From Octopus bimaculoides (Eukaryota): 64,000 nt of DNA. This document shows, in pieces, positions 35,758 through 48,559 of this stretch; positions within the stretch are counted from its first letter, which is position 1; each line of letters opens with the position of its first letter. Location: NCBI RefSeq assembly GCF_001194135.2, contig NC_068982.1:30120501-30184500 (forward strand). Direction: 5' to 3'. Position numbers and translations under genes: made by a program. The notes under the pieces were generated by a model, which saw nothing but the letters and a program-made list of their open reading frames with translations, ran no database searches and was not told the DNA's origin.

Positions 35758-38700
35758 CTATACCAGAAGTAGAATTTGATGTGTAATCATGTTTTTCTGT
35801 TGTTTCTCTTATTTGGGTGATTATATTATGCCATGGTAAACCATGCCATAATCCTATATTGGCAGCTAAAGTTACAGCATTTTCATTGGGTTAAGATGGT
35901 GGTGATAATGACAATTTTATTCTTGTCTTTTGGACATTTATTGTGCATTTTGTTTGTTTGTTTGTTGTTGTTGTTGTTGAATATGATGTGTATGCCCTTC
36001 CACCTGCTTAACCTCTGTTTCACTTTCCCTTTTCTTCTCTACTAATAGTAATGTCGTTGTTGTTGTCGTAGTTGTTACCATCACTATAACCACCCATTTT
36101 CAGCACCACCACCACCGTTATAACCACCACCACCACCGTTATAACCACCACCAACAACAACAACAACAACAACAGCACCAGCAGCAGTCTTTCAAACTTT
36201 GCTGCCTTTTGTGTCAAAATACAACATTTAACCACTCTTATGTTCACATGAGCGAAAAGTCCATTCTGCAGCGATTCTTTCTGGAAAAGGTGTTTTTTTT
36301 TTAATTCTTTTTTGTTTTTATCTTTTTTTTTTAAAAGTGACAAGGTATTTGACTGGTTCACATGTGCAGGTTTGGAAATCTCCATTAATGATTTATGGCA
36401 TAAAGAAACAGGATAGAACAGCCTCCATTCATGCTTGCGATAGAGAAATGCTTATCATTGACTACGTTGTTTTTGTGCACATCTTGTTAGGGTGTTTATT
36501 GTATTTTCATGTTGCATTCAAATGCAGTTGGTCATGCAACTATTTATGCAGTGATAGTTCCTGCTTTTTACCTCAACCACCAGATCTGTTTTGTTTAATT
36601 TTTGTCACTTTTAAAAAAAAAAAAAAGACCTTAAATTTTTGCTTTTTGCCAAGCTATGCAATGCATTATGGCATTTGTAAGCTCTTTTAAAATAACCTTA
36701 GTTTATTCGGTTATAGCGCAGTGTTATTTCTCTATGAATATATTTATGTGTTCCTTTGTGTCTTTTCGCTTCCAGTTTTACTTGTTTCAGCCAAAGGTTT
36801 GTAACCATGCTGGGGTGCTACCATTGGTACCATTTTCTTTTGTTTAGTTTACTTTATTTCATTTCAGTGATATTCTCTCTGTTTTGTTTTGGTGAAATGA
36901 GAGAGTTGGACAGTGATGCCCTCACTTGTCGTTTCTTGCCTTGATTTCGGTTCATCTGGTATTTGAGATAAAACGTTTGACGAAGACAAATACGGTAGAT
37001 TTAGCAAGTGAAACTCTTGCTGCTATGCAGTGGTATACAGTTTGGCGGGTTAGTATAGGTTTCAGTTCCAAAGTTTGGTGTTAGCCCATCTTCCATACAT
37101 ATATAAATCTGTGTTGGTTCACCAGAAGTGATAAATTACAGGACTTAATACAAATGTAGAGCATTCTTTAATACATTCTAATTGAAAGGCTCTGATTTCT
37201 AGTACTCAGTGTTACTCATTTCCAAACATCATTATCGTCCTCACCTAATGCTTATGGTCCATGCTGATATGGGTTGGGCATGTATGTCTCACTGCATATC
37301 TTTAACGTTTACTCTCTAGGTATCAAGCCCTCAGTTATTTTATCCTCTCCATGTTGCTCATCTGTTGTACTGTGACAATCTTGTTGGTGTAAAAGCATTG
37401 AATTACCTTAAGCTTAGCTGTGAGATGCCATGAGATGACCATAATTTGTAGCAGTATGTTTTTACCACAGATCCATTGGGGTTTCTTTTATCTTGTACTG
37501 AATGACCTCAGAATCCACTTGGCATAAAACCATCTCAGTACTGCAACCCCCATATGAGAGCTTTTGCATTTTATGAATTGCTTGTTGACCTCACTTACGC
37601 TGGTGCCACGTAAAAAAACACCCACTACCCTTTGTTGAAATGGTTAATATTTAGAAAGGCATCCAGTCATAAAAACCATGCCAAAGCAGACATCAAGTCT
37701 TGACCCAGACCTTTGTTTCATCAGCTGCTATCAAACCATCCAACCCATGCCAGCATTGAAGATGGGTGTAAAATGGCAATGAGGATAATGAAGATTGTTG
37801 TTTTCCTGCTGCCATTTCATATCTGTAGAATTTGCTGTTAGTACCTTAGTACTTTCAGTCAGAACATGAGCTTATGCATTTAAGCTTTCTGCTGCAATTG
37901 TTTGACATACTTTTTAGTAAGCACCATGCCATTATTGTACAGTAATTCCTAGGGTCATCTATCTTCAAACAGTTGTGTCAGTATATCAAATACTGAATTG
38001 AAGAAAAAGAAAAATCTGCTGATGTCGAAGTATTTGGGATATTCTTCTTCTATTCACTAAAATTCCTCACTGAGCTAACGCATTGGTAATTTTTACTTTG
38101 ATTTTAGCATCCTCACACATGGCACAAAAGCTCACAGATCCATTAATACATCTCCTAGCTTTCTCATTGTCCTTCAAGCTAACAAGAATAAATCCTTGTC
38201 AAGCACAAAATATCTTTTCTCACCTGAGAAGAAAGACAATTGGACTGGTTTTTTTTTTTTTTCACTAGAAAAATGACAGAGCTAATATATTAAATAATTT
38301 GTATATAATATTTGTTTTTCTTTATTTGTTGAGATTTAGATGTTTTTGACAGAATCTCTTAAAATTGGCTCTGGCTTCTTCAAGGGTTAATGCTTATTTT
38401 CCGAAGTATACAACATTGTGTGTATGTCTGTTTGTGCATTTATGGATGTTCTTTTCTCATTGGTGTTTTTGTTCATGGTAGCAAATGTAGGATGGGCTTT
38501 GCAAATGTAATTATTTTCACATTGTGCCATTCATTTTTGTTTTAACAGTCAGATACCCAGCCTTCCAATTGCTAACCAATCATGCATGAAGTAGGAATGA
38601 AATCTGTTTTACTGGCCAAACACAATAAGCTGTTATGTGTGAATGTGTGTGAATGTGTGTGTGTGTCTTCCTCATAGTTACTTGAAAGATGTTTCTACTC

Positions 38701-38894
38701 TTCTACCATTTATCTCCCCCTCCTCTCTTTCTCTCTCTCCCCTCTCTCATATAGACCACTGCATGTGTATTGATGTGCTTAGTAAAATTTGGTTAATTGG
38801 ACACAATAATGGCCCACTGTTTTTCAGCTTAAATCTAAGTTCAGGCAGCTATGCTTAAAAGGTATAATGCAGTTGCCTGCCTATAACATTATTT

Positions 38895-39180
38895 GCTTAT
38901 TGGTTTCAGCCATTGAACTGTGGCCATGCTGGAGTACTGCCTTTATAGTTACATACAAATTCATTTATTCTTTTTACTTGTTTCAGTCATTTGACTGTGG
39001 TCATGCTAGGACACTACCATGAAGACTTTTAGTTAAAAAGAATTGACCTTGGTACTTATTTTTGAGCCTAGTTTAGCCTGGTACTTATGCTCTTGGTCTC
39101 CTTTGCTGAACCGCTAAGTCACAGGGACATAAACGTACCAACACCAATTGTCAAGTGCTGATGGGGAATGAACACAAACA
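38895..39180 (-). mobile_element. SINE family A tail fragments, inverted
   Basis: tgtttcagtcatttgactgtggtcatgc...gaaccgctaagtcacagggacataaacgtaccaacacc. Confidence 0.75.
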
Positions 39181-40084
39181 CATACATGCATATATACATA
39201 AATATTTACATAAATATACATAAATATTTATATATGTAACCATACCTCAAGAAGATGGAAGAAGTATTAACCAACCCAGATAGCAGCCTTCACATTATTT
39301 CTTGTAGGAGACATCAACCTCTCTAATGTCAAATGGTCTGAGAGTTGCCTTGTTTCAGATATGTCACTACATGACCACAGGCAAAGAATCTCTACTCGAC
39401 CTCACAAACATGCCTTACTGTCTCTTTTAGTATAGTGTTTACAATTGGCTGTCCTTACTAAAACCAGCCACTTTACAGAGTGGACTGGATGCTTTTTATG
39501 TAGCATCATCACCGGCAAGGTTTGTTACAACATGATTTTGATGGCTGGATGCCCTTCTTAATGCCAGCCACTTAACATAACATAGTAGACTGAGTAGTTT
39601 CCACATGCACCTCCTCCCTGAGAAAAGGATAAAAGGCAATTGACTCTGACAGGATTTGAATTCAGAACATAGGGAGCCAAAACAATTATTGCAAAGCAAC
39701 CCAACCCATGGTGTTGCAACCCTACCAATGCTCTTCCTTAATATATTAGCCTCTAATATTTTATTTTATATAAAATGAATTAATATAAAATAACAGAAGT
39801 AATTATCTAAAAAATTATACAGCTTTATTATATTTATTTTTTAAAAATAAAATGAGGTGGGGGAAAATTTTCAGCTATTACCTTTGCTATATGCACCCTT
39901 AATTTTAATATTTTAATATTTATGGAAAAAAAAAAACCATAAAAAAAAACTGTGTTTATTACACTTGAAATTTTACAGTAAATGAGCAAGCGAATACTAA
40001 CAATATACATTGAAAACAACGGTAAACAATAGCTATATGTTATCACAATATTTTGAATAATGCTATTATTACCAAAGCAAACAT

Positions 40085-40328
40085 TTATATGTATGTGTGT
40101 ATGCATGTGTGTGTGTATGCATGTATGTGTGTGCATGTGTGTGTGTGTGTGTTTATTATTCACACACACACACACGTATGCATATGTATATATCTGTATA
40201 TGTATATGTGTGTATATATTTGTGTGTGTTTGTGTGTATGTATATGTATATATATATGTGAGTGCATACATTGTGTGTATATGTGTATATATATATAGAT
40301 ATACAAACATACACACACATATATATAC

Positions 40329-40370
<42 letters not shown>

Positions 40371-40372
40371 AG
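40085..40372. repeat. Compound (TG)n/(TA)n/(CA)n microsatellite tract
   Basis: Direct reading. Many similar tracts occur throughout the window (3800-3930, 12980-13040, 34810-35105, 63100-64000). Confidence 0.9.
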
Positions 40373-42422
40373 ACACATGACAGTACAGTTACATAATTTC
40401 ATACATGATAGAGAACAATAACCAGATATGTTGCCTTCTCAAGAAGATGGAGGAATTATTTCTTTTTGGTTATATACTTGCCTAAATGCATCTGTAATGT
40501 TTATCATTTAGCCAATGAGTGACTCTCTAAGTAGTCATTCTACCTGCTAAGAAATAACATCTAAATCTGCAAATTTTTCATACTCACTGAGGAGTGAGTC
40601 TTTAAGTGGTCACTCTACCTGCTTGAAAAAAAGAAAAAACAGCTAAATCTTCAATTTGTACCATACTATCTCAAGAAATTGAGATCATCATTATCATTAT
40701 GGATTGTTTAATAGGAATATAATGCTGTCCAAAGGCAGCATCATACTTGAATGTCTACTTGGTATGATGTGGCTGGATACCCTTCCTAATGCCTACCATT
40801 TTATGGCATGTACTAGGTTGCTATATTTGTATGGCCAGCACTAGTGAGGTCACCACACAGCTTGCAAGATTATGAACCATGGAGATGCAAAATAAATTTG
40901 AGAGAAGAGGCAGAAGGGGCCACATGACTACTCATACTGTAGGATAGAGGTCAGGGTGTGTGATCAAGGTTGAAGTGGGAGGAGATAAAGATAGTGTTGT
41001 AGATGAAGCATCTGTGTGGGCCCTTAAATTATGAAGTGGGTAGAAGGGTATGAGGGCAGAAAAATAATGTGTTTAGTCTGTGGAAATTGCATATTTGTAC
41101 CAGTTCATTCATACATATTTACATTGCCCATCCACTGGATCTTGGTCACTTCATTTATTTCCATTTTTCTCAAGTCTTCAGCATTCAAGGTCAGTGCCTT
41201 GTTACTGTACAGCATTGCAGTTCTAACACAAACATCATACAATTTCCCTTCACTTCAAGACAAAATACCCTTGTTAGCAGTAGCAGTAATGGCACCCTGA
41301 ACTTTTTCCACCCTGCTATACTTTCAGAGTAACAACCTTCCCTGCTAATCCTGTCAGGTTTATAAGAAAAACTGTCAACTGCTATTAGCAAAACTAATTA
41401 ATTAGTCTTTAGCTGTATTTCTACCCCTTTGCTTCTTTAGCCTTTTTTGTTGTTACATAAAAAACACTGAATTCTCTTTCCAGTTTGTCATGGCTCACCC
41501 ACTTTTCATAGATGGTTACAATGAATAAATAAATACAACCCTCTTTGTGAAGTGATGTAATTGCACTCTCTTTGCAAACATCATAATTTCTGTAAAAAGC
41601 AATTTCTGTCTTTTCTTCTTATTTTTGATTTTGTTTACTTGTGTGTCAAACCTCTACATATCGTGAGATTCAAAATCTCTATTGAAAACGATTATTTATT
41701 ATTACATGATTATAGCTTTTATTTAGTTATCTTGTATTTCCTATTATTGTTGTTGTTGTTATTATCATACTCCAAATGGAAAGAATGCCGATTAGTACCC
41801 ACTAACCTCTACTCTAATGATCTGTTTAGCTACTTTAATGATTTAAGATATCTTGTTCCATTAATATTGAACATAATGTAGACAAGCAAGGTTGTGTGAT
41901 GCAGAATTCTTAGCTATTTAATCAAAAACATAAATGCTGAATATAGCATTTCTTTTAACTTGTTTGATATCCATATTAATTACTCTTTAAATATTTTCAT
42001 GTATGTAATTAATGCAACATCATTAGTTGATGTTGATTTATTTTTGGAAAAATATGTTTTAATTTATCGTTTCATAGTTTTGATGTAATTCATTTTTCTT
42101 TTAAATCGATTTTTCTAATGAATTTGGAAGTTTTTTTTTGTCTTCTCCCTGCTTCTCAACATCACTATTTCTCATAAATGATTCTAGGAAGCTAATTTTA
42201 TTTTATTGCTCAGTTAGAACGAAAGGGCAGCACATGTGGCCTTTTTCCAGTTGGAGAGAAGTAAGTAGCTACAAACCAGAAAGCTGGTTTGAATGATTGC
42301 AATAGAGTGGAGCTCCCAAAAGGGAACCAAATGGTTGTTATGTCAAACTGGGTGATGGATGAAATTAGTGGATGTGATGAAAACTCCCATCCATTGGGTC
42401 CTCAGTTTCTAGAAAGGGGAAT

Positions 42423-42465
<43 letters not shown>

Positions 42466-42835
42466 GAAATAAAATGAGAAAACAAAGCCAAGGCCTTGTG
42501 AATAAAAAGAAGGTTAGTCTTACAGCTGTTTCAGGGATATAAAAGATATGTCATCCTCAGAGATGATATGAGAGAGTTAAATAGAAGGAGTTAAATTTAC
42601 TTCTATTTAACTCTCTCATATCGTCTCTAATGATGAGATTTCTTTTATATCCCTGAAACAGCTGTAAGACTATCCTTCTCTTTATAAAATGTCCTAGAAA
42701 TTTTACACTGCCTGTAAAGTGTGGGAATGGCACTATGTTATTGGAAAGCAGATGGTAATAGGGAATGTGTGTATGTGGTGATATTAAGTTGTTGTTCATT
42801 CAAAAAACTGTCTCAAACCAAACAGATTTATAGAA

Positions 42836-43245
42836 GGAGTGGCTGTGTGGTAAGTAGCTTGCTTGCCAAGCATATGGTTCTGGGTTTAGTCCCACTGCGT
42901 GGCACCTTTGGCAAGTGTCTTCTGCTCTAGTCTCGGGTCAACCAAAATCCTGTGAGTGGATTTGGTAGATGGAAAGTGAAAGAAGCCTGTTGTATATATA
43001 TATATATATGTATATGTATATGTATATATGTGTGTTTGTGTGCCTGTGTTTGTCCTCGCCACCATCACTTGACAACCAAAGTTGGTGTGTTTACGTCCCT
43101 GTAGCTTAGCAGTTGAGCAAAAGAGACTGATAGAACAAGTGTTAGGCTTATAAAAAATAAGTGCTGGGGTCGATTTGTTCAACTAAAGGAAGTACTCCAG
43201 CATGACCACAGTCAAATGACTGAAACAAATAAAAGAATAAAAAGA
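42836..43245 (+). mobile_element. SINE family A, full length
   Basis: Colinear with 1468-1912. Confidence 0.9.
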
Positions 43246-43476
43246 ATTGGCATTGCAAATGTAATTCGATCCTTCTTTTCTTGCATAATTTCTCTCAGAG
43301 AACATCAACTGACATACCCTCCCTTATTTAAGTGACCATGTGGTCTGAAGGAAATTTGGCTGATGTGTCTAGCAGGCTGACTGATCATATTCAATGTATA
43401 TTGTTGATAATTTTGCTTTTACTGAGTTGCTTTCTTATTTTCTTTGTAGATTTTCTTTCCATATTACCATCTAAAC

Positions 43477-43773
43477 CAGTGGTTCTCAACATTGGGCCTG
43501 GGAAAATTTTGAGTTGGCCTGAGAAAATTTTGAGGGTGTTTGGGAAAATTTTGAGAGTGGTCTGGAAATTTTCTGGATTGGAACCAAGCTGTTCTTAGTA
43601 TTCAATTTGTAGTCGAATCTGCTGCAAATTGCGACTGATGGGGCAAATGCAATGACTGGTAAACATGATGGATTTATAGTGCAACTGAAAGAAACTGGTT
43701 TGGCGGTCAGTGGGCCTGGGATGTTTTTAACATAAAAAGTGGGCCCGAAGGTGAAAAATGTTGAGAACCACTG
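43477..43773. mobile_element. hAT-type MITE with 8-bp TSD
   Basis: Perfect 17-bp TIR CAGTGGTTCTCAACATT / AATGTTGAGAACCACTG. The flanks ATCTAAAC and ATCTTAAC match at 7 of 8 positions. Confidence 0.9.
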
Positions 43774-43799
43774 ATCTTAACTATACTTTATGAAAATAG

Positions 43800-44182
43800 T
43801 GTTGGCACTCCTTCGCTTACGATGTCGAAGGTTCCTGTTGATCCGATCAATGGAACAGCCTGCTCGTGAAATTAACGGGCAAGTGGCTGAGCATTCCACA
43901 GACACGTGTACCCTTAATGTAGTTCTCGGGGAGATTCAGCGTGGCACAGAGTGTGACGAGGCTGGCCCTTCAAAATACACGTACAACAGAAACAGGAAGA
44001 AAGATTGAGAGAAAGTTGTGGTGAAAGAGTACAGCAGAGTTCGCTACTATCCCCTGTCGGAGCCTCGTGGAACTTTAGGTGTTTTCGCTCAATAAACACT
44101 CATAACACCTGGTATGAGAATGGAAACCGCGATCCTACGATCGCGTGTCCACTGCCCTGACCACTGGGTCATTGCGCCTCCA
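43800..44182 (-). mobile_element. tRNA-derived SINE with a conserved central domain (Nin/Deu-like by recollection)
   Basis: Minus-strand head TGGAGGCGCAATGACCCAGTGGTCAGGGCAG...GGTTTCCATTCTC (A/B boxes). GC-rich body containing ...CACTTGCCCGTTAATTTCACGAGCAGGCTGTTCC.... Confidence 0.8.
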
Positions 44183-45092
44183 CGAAAATTGTGCATGTAT
44201 ACACACACGTGTGTGTGTATATATATCTATATCTATTTATCTATACACACATGCAAGTGTGTGTGTGTGTGTGTAGATATATGTATATGTACACACATAC
44301 ATCTTTTATTTATGTAGTCTTTCTAATCCGAAGAATTCTAATTGAATTAAATTTTTCTATGATATTTTGTCATTCATCTTCTGTTCCTGAAGAAAATGCA
44401 GCAGCAACAATGGCAACATTAATAACAATAACAATCGCAAAATGAAAACCTTGATTTCAAAGTGTCATAGTGCAGTGAGATGCAGATTCGAAATGAAAGG
44501 AATGGTAATAGAAGATAAAAAGAATGTTAGGTGTTTATGGGTGGGACAAGAGATAAAAAAAAAAAAAGAAAGCCAAACCAAAAAACAAAGAAAACACAAT
44601 CTTAATCAAATCCTCACCCTTTCCAACAAAGAAGTAGCGATTAAAGAAATGCCAAATAAAAAAAAGACCCCCCCCCCAAAAAAAAAAGAAAAATTGAAAA
44701 ATGTATAGCAAATAATAATGATGAGCTTCATCTTACGGCTGTTGATACGAATTAGCATAAAGTATATTTTTATTTCATTTACTTGTTTATTTATTTTTTT
44801 GGTTGGTTTGAGAATGACATATGACACATGACACAACTTTGCAATAGTATTATGTTATGATGACAGCTGTAAATATATTTTGGTTTTGTTTTGTTTTGTT
44901 TGCTTTGATCCGCTTCTGCCTCTTCCTCCACTTCTTCCTTCTTGTCTTCTCAATGTGGCTGTGTTGACAATGATTTGTGTAGTGTTTGTGTTTCATAATC
45001 TGTTTGCTTGATCGGTGATTGTTTGGTTTCTACTTCTATATCCTTTTCAGTTGTTTTCTTGTAAACAGTGACTTTTCTTTTATCTTGTAGTT

Positions 45093-45133
<41 letters not shown>

Positions 45134-45699
45134 ATATGCGTGCTTTTGTGTGTGTGTACTGACTTAAACATGTCTCTCCTCTAACTCGCAGGCACCATGC
45201 ATTCGCCCCCCACCACAAACTACTTGTCTCAAATAAATAAGCATATATACATTTCAACATAGTTATGCACACATGCTAAGAAATGTATGCATACATCTAC
45301 CTACAGATACATACATAGTGACTTAAATATGTCCCTCCTCTAACTAGCAAACACCATGCATATGAAGGTATGGTCGTATACAGAAAAATGGTTTCGCTTA
45401 TGCACACACGTATAATCATATAGAGATAAATGCGTGTGTATGTGTTCACACATATATACGTACGTGTACTGATAAAATGTGCATTCAGATATACGTTCAC
45501 CCATGGGCATGCATGAAGATAGATGTATGTGTACATATGTGTATATAAACATGCATTTGCACACAAGTTCACAAATATAATTATACATACATGCGCTCAC
45601 AGGCATACAAATACACGCAAGCAAGACTATAAATGTGTATACAGATATTGGCATTATATACAGGTATTTGTGTGTGTGTGTGTGTGTGTGTGTGTATGC

Positions 45700-45890
45700 A
45701 TTCTTTTATTCTTTTACTTATTTGTTGTTTGACTGTGGCCATGCTGGAGCACCACTTTAAAGGATTTTAGTCAAAGCAATCAACCCCAAAGTTTATTCTT
45801 TGTAAGATTTGTACTTATTCTGCTGGTGTCTTTTGATGAACTGCTAAGTTATGGGGACATAAACACAGCAGCATCAGTGGTCAACTAATC
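45700..45890 (-). mobile_element. SINE family A, 3' half, inverted
   Basis: ttgactgtggccatgctggagcacc...ctgctaagttatggggacataaacac. Confidence 0.75.
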
Positions 45891-46194
45891 TATCTCTTCA
45901 TCATTAGTTAATGTCTGCTTTCAATGATTGCAATGGTTGAGTAGTTTGACAAGGGACTGGTGATGTGTAAGGCTGTGCTGATCTCCAGTGACATCTTCTG
46001 TGTGGTTCCAATGGCTGGTTGCCCTTTGTAATGCCTTCCACTTTACAGGCTGTACTCACTGCTCTACTCACTCTGCTTGATCTCATGCCAGAAGAGCATG
46101 AGAAAAAGGGAAGGTGGAAAAAGCTGTCAGTCAGTCTGTTGCTATCTCTCCCCCCCTCTCTCTCTTCATATATATATATATATATATATATATG

Positions 46195-46422
46195 GGAGAA
46201 TATACAAAAAATAACAACAGACGAGGACAGGTGGTGTAAATAACAAAAGTATATATTAGTATGACGCTCAGGAATACGGAAAGTCTTTGACGTTTCGAGC
46301 TACGCTCTTCAACAGAAAGAATACGGAGACAAGGAGAAAAACACGGAGAAAAAAAATTGAATAGTGTTCAGTCAACGGTCATATATATAAAATTAAATAA
46401 TGAGGGTAGAAATTGATATTAA
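46195..46422. mobile_element. Penelope-like element terminal region (truncated by the gap)
   Basis: Contains GACGTTTCGAGCTACGCTCTTCAACAG, an ACGTTTCG...TCTTC..CAG motif of the kind typical of Penelope terminal repeats. Confidence 0.6.
46284..46320 (-). ncRNA. Minimal type I hammerhead ribozyme-like fold with core variant (CUGUUGA)
   Basis: The minus strand reads UCUUU CUGUUGA A GAGC gua GCUC GAAAC GUC AAAGA: stem I UCUUU/AAAGA, stem II GAGC/GCUC, GAAAC, and a GUC cleavage triplet. The conserved A6 is U. Confidence 0.55.
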
Positions 46423-47863
46423 NNNNNNNNNNNNNNNNNNNNNNNNNNNNNNNNNNNNNNNNNNNNNNNNNNNNNNNNNNNNNNNNNNNNNNNNNNNNNN
46501 NNNNNNNNNNNNNNNNNNNNNNNNNNNNNNNNNNNNNNNNNNNNNNNNNNNNNNNNNNNNNNNNNNNNNNNNNNNNNNNNNNNNNNNNNNNNNNNNNNNN
46601 NNNNNNNNNNNNNNNNNNNNNNNNNNNNNNNNNNNNNNNNNNNNNNNNNNNNNNNNNNNNNNNNNNNNNNNNNNNNNNNNNNNNNNNNNNNNNNNNNNNN
46701 NNNNNNNNNNNNNNNNNNNNNNNNNNNNNNNNNNNNNNNNNNNNNNNNNNNNNNNNNNNNNNNNNNNNNNNNNNNNNNNNNNNNNNNNNNNNNNNNNNNN
46801 NNNNNNNNNNNNNNNNNNNNNNNNNNNNNNNNNNNNNNNNNNNNNNNNNNNNNNNNNNNNNNNNNNNNNNNNNNNNNNNNNNNNNNNNNNNNNNNNNNNN
46901 NNNNNNNNNNNNNNNNNNNNNNNNNNNNNNNNNNNNNNNNNNNNNNNNNNNNNNNNNNNNNNNNNNNNNNNNNNNNNNNNNNNNNNNNNNNNNNNNNNNN
47001 NNNNNNNNNNNNNNNNNNNNNNNNNNNNNNNNNNNNNNNNNNNNNNNNNNNNNNNNNNNNNNNNNNNNNNNNNNNNNNNNNNNNNNNNNNNNNNNNNNNN
47101 NNNNNNNNNNNNNNNNNNNNNNNNNNNNNNNNNNNNNNNNNNNNNNNNNNNNNNNNNNNNNNNNNNNNNNNNNNNNNNNNNNNNNNNNNNNNNNNNNNNN
47201 NNNNNNNNNNNNNNNNNNNNNNNNNNNNNNNNNNNNNNNNNNNNNNNNNNNNNNNNNNNNNNNNNNNNNNNNNNNNNNNNNNNNNNNNNNNNNNNNNNNN
47301 NNNNNNNNNNNNNNNNNNNNNNNNNNNNNNNNNNNNATATATATATATATATATACATATTTATAATCAGCATATGAGAGTGTACACAGCATTGCTAGAA
47401 ATAGGAGTCAAGTGGTTCTAGCAAGCTTTGTACAATCTTGTACCCTGATTATAAATTACTAGTTTTACCTTTTTGGTTATTTTAATGCTTGCTAGCCACT
47501 TATATACTGATATTATTATTCTTTATAATAATATCTTTATTTACACGCACGCACGCACGCACGCACGCACACGCGGCTGTGTTCATATGTGTATAAATGT
47601 TTGTGTGATATATATATTCTAAGTATAGTATGGACGGCTAGCATGAATTTTTCTTTTGAGTTCATTCCAAATATTCCATCTGTAACATTTTCCATCAATT
47701 AAGAATTTCTTAAACTGTTTATATAAATTGTTTTCTGCTGAATAACACATTGTTTTTTTTTTATATATATATTTTAAATTGTTTTGTTCTCATTCTGAAC
47801 CAGATACATATTTCACTTTGGCTCATTATCAAATCTGTTTTTTTACTCACAAAATTTGAAAGG

Positions 47864-48093
47864 AAGCAACTCCATTCTGGAATGGCCATCCGAGGCATTT
47901 AATAATGCACAAATTTGTTAAATTCACTTCAAATTTAAATTTATTTCATAAGGTGTTGAAATTTTCATCTGAAAATTGTGACCTGTTCCCCGACCTAGTT
48001 CCACCTCATGAAATAAATTTAAATTTAAAATGAAATTCACAGCCTTCTGTATTATTAAATGGTGAGAATGGCTCTGTTATGATGTAATTGCTT
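47864..48093. repeat. Inverted repeat with arms of about 92 bp and a 46-nt spacer
   Basis: 47864-47955 pairs with 48002-48093. The inner 60 bp have about 11 mismatches and the outer part is more diverged. Confidence 0.85.
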
Positions 48094-48559
48094 TGGCATT
48101 AACATTATTTTACGGTGTTTTTGTTCAAGTCAGCCACTTGAGAGTTCCAAAATTTGAAATAGAAGGTGTTCATGAAACCTACGATGAAGAAAAATAATTA
48201 ATTACAATTTTTGTTGTAGCTAATGTTATTTTGCGTAATTCTTCTTTGTCAGTACATATTTGTTTTTTTATATATGTATGTTTTTCATTAGAAATGTCTT
48301 TTAGATATTATGGAAGAGGAGGAAGTAATTTTCAAATTAAGCTAAATATAGAATTTTGTCACAGGTTTTCCAGAGGTGTATTAACAATCACTTTTGCTTG
48401 AAAGCTGATAAGTTGCTGACAAGCTATGGAATCGTCTGTATCAACTATTTCTATGAATGCCTGAATATCAAAAGCATCCCTACAACTTGTAAAATAATGG
48501 TTTCAAATTTTGGTTCAATGCCAGTTATTTTAGTGTTTGGGATTAATTGATTGGTTACA

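Noticed and set aside
39834-40402. ORFs of 80-180 aa rich in HTHT/YIYI/CVCV
   Set aside because: These are translations of compound dinucleotide microsatellites. The same applies to 3748-3968, 34807-35113, 45297-45732, 55342-55833 and 63044-63680.
43477-43580. Regularly repeated GGGAAAATTTTGAG units suggesting a CRISPR-like array
   Set aside because: The units are short, separated by about 7 nt rather than spacer-length unique sequence, and lie inside a hAT MITE in a eukaryotic context with no cas genes.
44100-44182. tRNA-like sequence (also at 2590-2680, 3040-3120 and 21070-21135)
   Set aside because: These are SINE heads with A/B boxes but no complete cloverleaf or anticodon arm, and they continue into SINE bodies.
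47845-47970. Minus-strand exon bounded by attttcag and GTGAGT
   Set aside because: All three frames contain stops over the full interval, and it overlaps the left arm of the inverted repeat.
48131-48166. HLRVPKFEIEG resembling a serpin motif
   Set aside because: Only about 8 residues are similar, the donor is weak, and no other serpin segments occur nearby.
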